In this document: one piece after another, positions 47,201 through 53,619 of the stretch | How the letters are laid out: every line of letters begins with the position of its first letter | How positions within the stretch are numbered: the first letter of the stretch is position 1 | Origin: Candidatus Hydrogenedentota bacterium | GTDB taxonomy: Bacteria; Hydrogenedentota; Hydrogenedentia; Hydrogenedentales; SLHB01 | Direction: 5' to 3' | Assembly: GCA_045863295.1 (NCBI GenBank) | Contig: BTWA01000001.1 | Coordinates: 244,337 to 308,336 of the forward strand | Length of the DNA: 64,000 bases | The notes under the pieces: model-generated | Database searches by the model: none | The model's input: the letters and a program-made list of their open reading frames with translations, nothing else | What the model was told of the DNA's origin: nothing | Program-made: the position numbers and the translations under genes

Positions 47201-47823
47201 TCGGCCTGACGTTGAGCCAGTTTGCCATCCAGGCGCCGAACTGGCAGCGGTTCTACCTGACCGGGGCGGCCGCGCCGGACACCATCGTGAAGCCGACGTT
47301 CTGGCACAACCAGATAAGCACGGGCAATCCCGAAGCGATTGATGGCGACGAGATCACGTTCGGCCAGTCCACCATCATACCCATGGTGCCGGAATCGCAG
47401 ATCGGGCAGCGGGAAGTGGAAGCGACCTTTGAGTTGTTGCCCGTCCGACCCAGGGACATGGAGCCGTCGAAGCGGATCTACATGGTGTGGCAGCTGCTTC
47501 AGAACGGCGTGGTCCTCATTCCGCCCGATTTTTCAAATCCGCTCACGCCGGAAGAACTGTTGGATCCGGATCTGAACCCAATTCGACTGGCCCTGGATGA
47601 AGGCGTCGCGTTGGGCGATCCAGCCCGGTTGCTGCCGTATACTTATGTCTTTCAGGCGGCGGCGTTTGTCGATGAGAACAACAACAGCCTGTTCGACAAC
47701 CAGGATTATGTGGATCCGAGTCCCGCCTCCGTGCTGTTTGTGGTGACTCCAACCGACATTGCCGGGTTTGTACGGCCGCCCGAAAGCGACGAGCAGCCCA
47801 TCAAAGAAACGGAAACGCAGTGA
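41269..47823 (+). CDS. Giant secreted protein (2184 aa): parallel beta-helix, ~8 IPT/TIG domains, C-terminal Ig-like domains
   Basis: AGGAG RBS; signal peptide; ISRCYISGN, LVNCSIVKN, ILHCSILYN rungs; GPVAGG..IKG, GPSAGG..YGANF, GPVEGGTTVTITGRNF; DLAGN, DEAGN. Confidence 0.8.
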   Translation: MRKGYRNHTGGYWAGWIALLALCFSASVAWPQDVVVCQTGDCGSYTQDFDNLEEGVIEAIRRARTSGNQYVTVFLVERADGAAWEGGFGIPADANIAILGVPLDADGGRSNDIEITGTGSLPALTISTEPGDLPVDAQYFGGAGTGLRIEGVALVNSTEGLVIKGDVATGDYMPVISRCYISGNASSIATEGNGVRVEGEASPLLVNCSIVKNENAGVLVTGTEGAFAEILHCSILYNEMYGVHVTGTTNNARVRNSLVYRNGNEPDGTTDANDHGGLVWDTNPFIDPDTGPVAGGITVIIKGFDLTSPLINPGNSDTNTHIFFGPMHHPDTEAVTWVLTSRDGTTGFEVLTVTLPPSYLGAPGPVDVTIQRVDTGQIQTVRNGFVYVADGGEAPVVMQVIAEHGPSAGGNIVAVYGANFEEHCDVFFDFEGSIGSISVAEQCEFVEWLSSGHLIVKVPEYIDLGGNRRKVDVLVRNNTTGIISDTGQYREYEYRIDEDDLLRPVVVQIVPNYFRDLEGTDGAQNLLADVEVWDAEPGATIKVGGILCPYEERVRISTSDTPPVDVTDPENAELWELHNVRIPVAEFGSGGSYDVEVTNPTGLYDILPRAFTYYPDGVERFEPNERGWRPSNFVRRDGGLLGTLPFRLLGTGFDWEIAIRVLGNSGFGGSFPVLPNPPLRVFPHEVDPPHARHTQREVFFNFPPAPEQAPFLFNPGTGFLNVTINNVATATGDYSSTDVQDVEERFFYSSALEEPTVGDRSLYFEIELPLVVDAGNGPNGRDIITMTVLNWRNAMRVYVADTAVTKYLDGGADGFSDTDPDADQNNPSDNVPDFAEPAVGTTGTIQFEAPRQPQGVAGPVDVWILLPDDATAHNTQAADLYYYAEKSYSVRPEARPIVRAVVPRTPPEDTFTDDNPVRVLGSNFVGPVDPAGWFTNIWLDWGDGTNLTDGNEISLGPVSGAPGAGAPPTGTYQVNSFNEIEFTLDLPTLRSTNPLLLSDVPVTVVAALMNAAGAVYQYNGSDLSFILTDALSFESLAPIIDDVTPLDGPVEGGTTVTITGRNFFPDGTTPPYVRFGGREARVLTATPGVSGSPDVIEVESPPAHLNLPATVAIQLISVDSTVPKLREAVSEKEWWFTYFMDGKPQLRSMSPNHMAFDDTFTQYATLTGLNFDDVVIVRFLDAADPTDIRAERTMYSESPTTIQVKLPLPGELVTESEVNGFNKALLVTVQNDSSKTLVDAQAQDLISNPVLFTVFDDSIGDLEPQTATLLFNDVFWNQQDYVNVHPGEGSISVDPLLDPGPDGEVGPRLVLTDSDTWWLGKLALGRESISGIVDNPLRDKAGEFTLVPFSSEDLELEVRPDSANGFGTQGNGEFGSQDTAQRGLPDIGADEINDFPDDQCLWYYARVFPSPVGRLDAGELQIDIRLIGSTDAPEVYIVPQGFLPADVVADPPIPLSLQATLGENAYRYTNDEPIPLAEDGNLANPDDPDEPIVDGHATLIITCGGTIIGADPSDLTEGGLIFDQAITGRHFLIDTVPPRMFVEYLVPGNTAVGVQQLIFDASGITVGGLPSIDVFPPTTDYTDQITALSVEPLYHPFPATPAVLGTIPPLNWTPATDFMPQDYGGVIDLALRGTQGAQVFFNRGSQANPDFAASPVLVEFPIGVRFVDPPVTNDETLPLDSAMRINGDDFFTSSDIRQVSGFPVLAEAYAQYARFRVVSSTGQEQYFVDRASGSPRQDVVPQNGTAADAAEVADAVIGNEGVFDPGLVPGDSVPDPASVENPENDQMLGLWNIRWDRSYDTSADPTGPYHVSLQFEAEDLAGNVTRQEMLLDPLQLWWFQNVQSRLSPSREGRRVNSANFTLSLERTDAPIVNGGPPPIFMYRVWQGGPDFVNDYNAVYTPVSGWSVWSPDLLINTVEGLVQPEHWVLVVVQSADEAGNVEPWPNFDVASGGLRPDPDAAIDFSDPDTLNTYLYPEYVGLTLSQFAIQAPNWQRFYLTGAAAPDTIVKPTFWHNQISTGNPEAIDGDEITFGQSTIIPMVPESQIGQREVEATFELLPVRPRDMEPSKRIYMVWQLLQNGVVLIPPDFSNPLTPEELLDPDLNPIRLALDEGVALGDPARLLPYTYVFQAAAFVDENNNSLFDNQDYVDPSPASVLFVVTPTDIAGFVRPPESDEQPIKETETQ

Positions 47824-47830
47824 CATTCGC

Positions 47831-47859
47831 TTGCACAGGAACCCATATTGCGGTTTAAT
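47831..47859 (+). promoter_or_regulatory. Putative sigma70 promoter
   Basis: TTGCAC, 17-nt spacer, TTTAAT upstream of the PEGA-FGE gene. Confidence 0.45.
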
Positions 47860-47943
47860 GTCATAAGCCGAGCGCAAGGCCGGAGTTGAGCGGGTCCGCC
47901 GTGCCCATCGTGGCTGTCGGACGGCGAAACAGCAAAAAGCAGT

Positions 47944-49362
47944 GTGAGGCTTATGAAGCGTCAGAGCAGGTATTTGCCAACCCGTCTGCTCGTGTGGGGT
48001 GTCGTGGCGGGTTTGGCGGCGTTGGTGTCCGCGTGCGGGGGCGAAAAACAGCCCCTGCTCAGCAATACCGTGGAAATTCACGCCGAACCCGAAGTGAATG
48101 CCGCCATCATTGTGGACGGAACGCAGATCGGGGAGACCCCCTTGACCCTCACCAATGCGGCCCCCGGACTCATTCTGCTTCAGTTGAAGAAGGAGGGGTA
48201 TCGCGATAAATGGGAATCGGTGGTGGTGCCGCCGGAAGGCAAGGCGGAAATCACGGTCCCGATGGAACTCATCCTCGGGTACCTTTCCATCACCACGGAG
48301 CCGCCTGGCGCTTCGGTGGTCCTCAGCGACGGTACGGAGTTGGGCACCACCCCCATCCTGCGCGCCGGTCTGCCGTTGGGGGAATACACCTACGAAATCA
48401 GGCTCGAAAATCACGAGACGCTTACCCATACCGTGATGGTGGACCGGGAGTCTCTGTTCAAGCTGGCGCACAACCTGAAACCGCGATCCGCCACGCTGGT
48501 GGTTTTCTCAGTGCCCACCGGGGCATCACTCTGGTTGAACAACCAATTGCAGGAAGAGCGCACGCCAGCCCGGCTTTCCGTGGCGCCGGGCACGTATACC
48601 GTGACCGTGCACTCCAAGGGCTACGTTATGTCCGAGGAGGTTGTTTCCGTGAATCCCAACACGGAAAAGCGCCTCGAACTGCGCATGAACGAGGGCAATG
48701 CCCCCCCGGGCATGCTGCTGATTCCCGGGGGTGAGTTCATCATGGGGTCGGATCAGGGGTCGCCCGACGAGCGCCCGGCCCGGAAGCTGTCCCTGGAGGC
48801 CTTTTATCTGGACAAGTACGAAGTCACCAACGAGCAATACAAAGCTGTCTACGCCGCGCACGAATTCGAAGAGGGAGAAGAGGACCACCCGGTTACCGGG
48901 GTCACGTGGCTGGAAGCGGTGAAATACGCGGAAACCGTTGGCAAGCGGCTGCCTACCGAGGCGGAATGGGAGAAAGCGGCCCGCGGAACCGACGGCCGGG
49001 AATATCCGTGGGGCCCCCTGTTTGACAAGACCCTCTGCAACTCCCTGGAGGGGTCCTTGAACAAGACCGAGACCGTCGGGACCTATTTGAACGGCGCCTC
49101 TCCGTATGGTGTAATGGATATGGCAGGAAATGTCTACGAATGGGTCGCCGACTGGTACAACCCCTATCCGGGCAACCAGGTTGTCGACAAGAACTACGGT
49201 CAAGTGTACCGTGTTCTTCGGGGTGGGTCGTTCAAGACCGGGGCTTACGAGGTCCGGTGTCTCCGGCGTACCTTTGATCGCCAGGATCTGGGCCGGAACG
49301 ATTACGGGTTTCGTTGTGCGCTGGATGTAAACGCGGCATCGGGCACGACGCGCGAGCCTTAA
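47944..49362 (+). CDS. Putative lipoprotein with 3 PEGA domains and C-terminal FGE-sulfatase (SUMF1-like) domain
   Basis: Lipobox VSAC; ITTEPPGASV, SVPTGASLWLN; FIMGS..DERP, LDKYEVTN, RLPTEAEWEKAARG, DMAGNVYEW, RVLRGGS, GFRC. Confidence 0.9.
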   Translation: MRLMKRQSRYLPTRLLVWGVVAGLAALVSACGGEKQPLLSNTVEIHAEPEVNAAIIVDGTQIGETPLTLTNAAPGLILLQLKKEGYRDKWESVVVPPEGKAEITVPMELILGYLSITTEPPGASVVLSDGTELGTTPILRAGLPLGEYTYEIRLENHETLTHTVMVDRESLFKLAHNLKPRSATLVVFSVPTGASLWLNNQLQEERTPARLSVAPGTYTVTVHSKGYVMSEEVVSVNPNTEKRLELRMNEGNAPPGMLLIPGGEFIMGSDQGSPDERPARKLSLEAFYLDKYEVTNEQYKAVYAAHEFEEGEEDHPVTGVTWLEAVKYAETVGKRLPTEAEWEKAARGTDGREYPWGPLFDKTLCNSLEGSLNKTETVGTYLNGASPYGVMDMAGNVYEWVADWYNPYPGNQVVDKNYGQVYRVLRGGSFKTGAYEVRCLRRTFDRQDLGRNDYGFRCALDVNAASGTTREP

Positions 49363-49388
49363 AACAATTGTCAAAGGGGATTTTACTC

Positions 49389-49417
49389 TTGACAACGGCC
49401 TTTTTCTTTAATACACT
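49389..49417 (+). promoter_or_regulatory. sigma70 promoter of pilM-secretin operon
   Basis: TTGACA, 17-nt spacer, TACACT; inverted TTGTCAA at 49368-49374. Confidence 0.7.
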
Positions 49418-49556
49418 GGAATCAAAGATTTAGGTACCCTTTTTCTGGTGTTACAGGGCAGTATTTACCCTGTGGCTTGGGATTAGTCGTGAATGCTTGC
49501 ATGCCAAGGCGTTGAGTGGGGGACGTAACGGCCGCGAGCGCCGAAAAGGTGACACC

Positions 49557-51857
49557 ATGGCGAATCTTAAACGAACCCGGGCCAAGAAGCGGTTGGTGCT
49601 GGACGTAGGGGCCAGCGCGGTACGGCTTTGCGAGCTTTCGCAGACCAAGACGGGTTACCAACTCACGCGCTACATGCAACGTGAGTTTCCCATCACGCCC
49701 GACATGAGCGAAGAAGATCAGCTCGCCGCGCGCGTCGAAGTGGTGAAGGCGCTATTGAAAGAATCCAAAGTGCGCCACAAGAAAACCGTGTTCGGCGTTC
49801 CCGGTCAATCGGTGTTCACGCGTACCCGCATGTTGCCTCCCGTCCCTGAGTTTAAACTTACGCAAATCGTTCGTTACGAAATCCAACAGCAAATTCCTTT
49901 CGCGCTCGATCAGATCGCCCATGATTTCCAGGTATTGGAACGCACTGAAGCCGGCGGATACGACGTGCTGATGGCGGCAATCAAAGTGGACGTCGTCGAG
50001 AAGCGCCTCGAATTGGTCAAGCAGATCAAGCGTCAGATCGACATTGTCGATGTAAGCCCATTGTCCGCGTACAACTGGCTGAAGTCGACCGGCGAATTTG
50101 GCGAACAGGGCGAATGCGTCGCCCTGGTGGATGTGGGCGCCGCGACCACCGACATTGTGATTGAGCGCGAAGGCAAATTCCGCTTTACGCGCAGCCTGAA
50201 TATCGGCGGCAACGACGTGACCTCCGCGCTGGCGCGCGAATTCAACATGGAATGGCCCAAGGCCGAACAGTTGAAACGCGAACGCGGTTTCGCACCCTCG
50301 GGCGACGCGCAAAAAGACGGCAAGGGCGGCGAAGTCATAGGCTCGGTGCTGAACCGGCTGGTTTCCGAAGTCAACCGGTCGTTTGCCTATTTCCGTTCGC
50401 AACCCGGCGGCGGTCCAGTATCTCGCGTGATATTGACTGGTGGCGGCGCGTGCCTTCGTAACATCGTGCCGTTCCTGCAGCGGCAATTGGGCGTGGAAGT
50501 GCGCATTGCCCAGCCGCTCGCGGGCCTGGCCATCGCGCCCGGCGCGCAAGAGGCCAACGATCATCCCGAACAAGCGGCCGTGGCATTGGGCTTGGCCTTG
50601 CGCTGCCGTCAGGCGGTGGCGCTTGAGCTGAATCTCATTCCGCCGCGCATCCTCGAAGCGGCGCGCACGCGCGAGCAGGTTTTCTATTGGGCATTGTCCG
50701 CCACCACGCTTGCGCTCATCATGCTTTCGATTATTCCCGTGGAAGCGCAGAAGAACAAGCAGGTCAATGAAAACATCGACCTGTTGAAGCGCACCATGTT
50801 CCAGTACGATCCCGATTTTCAGGCCCAGCAGAATCAGAATCCCTCGGTGTGGAATACCAAGTACGAAGCGCAACTCTCCGCGGCCAAGGCGGAAGTCGAT
50901 CGATACAAGGTTGACGTGGTCACGCTGGATAACTTCTACCGCGAGCGCGTGCCGTGGGTGCGCTACATGGGCATCATTAACGATGCGCGTCCCCGCGGCC
51001 AGATGATGGTATTCGATACCATGGAATCGAGCCTGATGCGCTCCCGCGCGGAGATGGTGCGTCAGGTGGCCCGCCGCAAGGCCAGCGGCCTTGGCAACGT
51101 GCAATTAAGCGCGGGCGACATGGCCGCGCTCAGCGGCGGGTCCGGATCGCTGATTCCCAAAGGCAAGGAGCAGATTTGGGAAGCCGTGCCGTTCGACAAT
51201 ATCGCAGCCGGCGTACCGCTGGATTACGGCCAGCCGGGCGTGGAGGGTTTGACGAGCACCCGCGGCGGATCGAGTTCGTCTTCCTCAGAAGAGAAGCCGC
51301 TCCCCAAGCCGGATCTGGTGAACGCGATTTCCATTTACGGGTACGCACAGAACAACCAGGTGGTGCTCGAATTCGTGGAGAACATCAAGAAGTCGGGCGA
51401 GTTTCTCGGTGGCCAGGGCGTGTACTTCGATCCGGCCACGGTGAATCCGGTTCCGGTTTCCGCGTTGTACAACGCCGGTTCCGAGCGTGCCGGCGCCCAA
51501 CCCAAGCCCGGCACGGGGCTCGGCGATTCCACGGCCTCGGTAAACGATGAAGACGAAGATCGGCGCGAAGGACGCCGGGGCGGCCTTCTGGGCGGCGGCG
51601 GCAGCAGCAGCAGCAGTTCCGGCCCAAGGTCGTATACCGAAAAGGATCTGGCGTTTTACAACCTGGAACAGAGCATTGTGACGTTTGAGGTTCATTTGCA
51701 GTTCAAGGACGAGGTGATTACCGAACAGAAAGTGCTTACTGCCGCGGATGAAGCCATTGCATCCGGCACCGCGGACAGCTATGGCGCTGCAAACGATGAA
51801 GAGGGAATGGACGAGGAGACGATGGAGCGCGAGCAGCGCCGTTTCCGGGGCCGGTAA
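49557..51857 (+). CDS. pilM: PilM fused to PilN-like domain
   Basis: LDVGASAVR; YEIQQQIPF; VDVGAATT; IGGNDVT; LTGGGA; GLALR; then LNLIP, TM, coiled coil and ISIYGYA (PilN-like). Confidence 0.88.
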   Translation: MANLKRTRAKKRLVLDVGASAVRLCELSQTKTGYQLTRYMQREFPITPDMSEEDQLAARVEVVKALLKESKVRHKKTVFGVPGQSVFTRTRMLPPVPEFKLTQIVRYEIQQQIPFALDQIAHDFQVLERTEAGGYDVLMAAIKVDVVEKRLELVKQIKRQIDIVDVSPLSAYNWLKSTGEFGEQGECVALVDVGAATTDIVIEREGKFRFTRSLNIGGNDVTSALAREFNMEWPKAEQLKRERGFAPSGDAQKDGKGGEVIGSVLNRLVSEVNRSFAYFRSQPGGGPVSRVILTGGGACLRNIVPFLQRQLGVEVRIAQPLAGLAIAPGAQEANDHPEQAAVALGLALRCRQAVALELNLIPPRILEAARTREQVFYWALSATTLALIMLSIIPVEAQKNKQVNENIDLLKRTMFQYDPDFQAQQNQNPSVWNTKYEAQLSAAKAEVDRYKVDVVTLDNFYRERVPWVRYMGIINDARPRGQMMVFDTMESSLMRSRAEMVRQVARRKASGLGNVQLSAGDMAALSGGSGSLIPKGKEQIWEAVPFDNIAAGVPLDYGQPGVEGLTSTRGGSSSSSSEEKPLPKPDLVNAISIYGYAQNNQVVLEFVENIKKSGEFLGGQGVYFDPATVNPVPVSALYNAGSERAGAQPKPGTGLGDSTASVNDEDEDRREGRRGGLLGGGGSSSSSSGPRSYTEKDLAFYNLEQSIVTFEVHLQFKDEVITEQKVLTAADEAIASGTADSYGAANDEEGMDEETMEREQRRFRGR

Positions 51858-51921
51858 ACCGTGTTGATGTCCAAGGCAGACCGTTTGTCGTGGCCGGTTT
51901 AATGCGAGTGGTCAAACTGAC

Positions 51922-52953
51922 ATGAAGCGTTCGCAGATAATGATGATAGTCGCCATCGTGGCCGTAGCGGCCGCGCTGGGTGCGGTATACAAATTCTACG
52001 TGCTCGAACGGCTGACCAAATTCGCCTCGGACGAGAAGTATCTGACCGCGCTCAAGACCAAGTACGAAAACATCAGCAAGACCTTTCACGGCACCAAGCC
52101 CGAAGTGGTGGTCGAGGCCTACGCCAACAAAGTACAGCCGTGGCTGGCCGCACTGGATGCCCGGACGGATTACTACACCCTTGGCGGCATCCGCGACATT
52201 GAACCGATTCCCGAGGGCGAAGACGCCCGCTGGTATTACATTCGCAAGGCCCCGGACATGGTGAGGACGATCCAGGAGACGGCGTACAAGCAGAACATCG
52301 GCGTGCCGCCCGATCTCTGGTTTCAATCGCCCCAGCCTCCCCGGCTGCAGGGCATCACCGTGGAAAAGCAGCACGTAGAACGCTGGCTCCAGAACATTCA
52401 AATGGGTTCCGGCATTGTGCAGCAGTTGCTCGATGCCAAGGCTCTGCGGGTCGATGCCATTGAACTGTGGCCCCGCCGGGAAGGATCGTTGCTGTACATC
52501 TATCACGTAGGCGTGAAGATGTGGATGAACATGGAGCAACTGGCCACGTTTCTCAACGATATGCTCAGCGATCGCCGCCGTTGTTTCTTTGTCGACAACA
52601 TCCGTATCCGGAATCCGTACGTGTTGTACGAGAATCCTCCGCTCCAGATCGATCTCGTGTATACCATGTACGAACTGAAACCGACGGCAGACAAAACCAA
52701 GCTTGCCGCTCCGGCCGCGGCTGCGCCGATGATTGCCAGTGCGGCACCGGTTACGCCTGCGCCGGCCGCGACGACGCCGGGCGTCACGCTTCCGGGCGCC
52801 ACGCCGCCCCCGGCCGCCGTGCCGGGTCTGAATCCGGAAGCGGCCGCGGCGCTGCAACAGGCGGCAAGCAGCCGCGATGAAGAGCGGACCGCGCGCCAAA
52901 GCCAGGGCAGCGGCGACTTTTTGGATTGGATATTGTCCTTCTTCCCGTTCTAA
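51922..52953 (+). CDS. PilO-like protein with Ala/Pro-rich tail
   Basis: N-terminal TM; LATFLNDM..FFVDNIRI ferredoxin-like pattern; position after pilMN. Confidence 0.55.
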   Translation: MKRSQIMMIVAIVAVAAALGAVYKFYVLERLTKFASDEKYLTALKTKYENISKTFHGTKPEVVVEAYANKVQPWLAALDARTDYYTLGGIRDIEPIPEGEDARWYYIRKAPDMVRTIQETAYKQNIGVPPDLWFQSPQPPRLQGITVEKQHVERWLQNIQMGSGIVQQLLDAKALRVDAIELWPRREGSLLYIYHVGVKMWMNMEQLATFLNDMLSDRRRCFFVDNIRIRNPYVLYENPPLQIDLVYTMYELKPTADKTKLAAPAAAAPMIASAAPVTPAPAATTPGVTLPGATPPPAAVPGLNPEAAAALQQAASSRDEERTARQSQGSGDFLDWILSFFPF

Positions 52954-53025
52954 TCGGGAAGCAGGTTGAACGATGGAACACAGTACAGATAGCGCGTACG
53001 GCGGAAAAACCGGGCCAAGGTAGCC

Positions 53026-53562
53026 ATGGACCAGATACAAAAATTCGGATTGATGCTGTGGGCGGTCAAGGAAAAGATCGTCCTGGCCTGCCTGGTCGCG
53101 ATCCTGAGTTGGCAGGTGTACAAGGTGGTCATGAGCGCCAACGGCGCCGATGCCGGAGTATCCGTCGGGCCGGTGACGCCGCCAAAGCCGGAGTTGACCG
53201 ATTTGCAGGCGATCGGAGCGGAATCGCCGGGGCCGCCCCCGGAGCCGATTCGGGTGCAGGAATTTACGGCCCTGGTCCGGCGCAACCCGTTTACGGTGTA
53301 TGGCAATGAGGCTGGCGAATCCAGCGGCTCCACGCAAGTGGAAGAAAAGCTGGATCTGACGCTTGAACGCATTGTTCCCTGGAGGGACAACACGGTACGG
53401 GCACAGATACGCACCAAGACATCGCGCGCAGAACCTTATTACGAAGGTCAGTCCGTGGAGGACTTCAGAGTGGACAAGATCGATGCGGAGAAGCAGGAAG
53501 TGACCATCTTTTCCTTCAAGCATCAAAAGCAGTTCGTTTTGAAAGTCGGACAGACCAGTTGA
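53026..53562 (+). CDS. PilP/GspC-like protein
   Basis: N-terminal TM; RRNPF motif; beta-rich C-terminus YEGQ..FRVDKID; position before the secretin. Confidence 0.55.
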   Translation: MDQIQKFGLMLWAVKEKIVLACLVAILSWQVYKVVMSANGADAGVSVGPVTPPKPELTDLQAIGAESPGPPPEPIRVQEFTALVRRNPFTVYGNEAGESSGSTQVEEKLDLTLERIVPWRDNTVRAQIRTKTSRAEPYYEGQSVEDFRVDKIDAEKQEVTIFSFKHQKQFVLKVGQTS

Positions 53563-53619
53563 GCGGAAGCAGAATCTTTTTGTAGTATTGACCGATAATC
53601 GCGGGAGGAATGTAATCCA

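Noticed and set aside
41269..47823. Annotation as pilY1
   Set aside because: The position fits, but no PilY1 beta-propeller or vWA motifs were recognised.
49200..49325. DGR variable region in the FGE/CLec-fold C-terminus
   Set aside because: No template repeat or reverse transcriptase was seen in the window; a remote DGR cannot be excluded.
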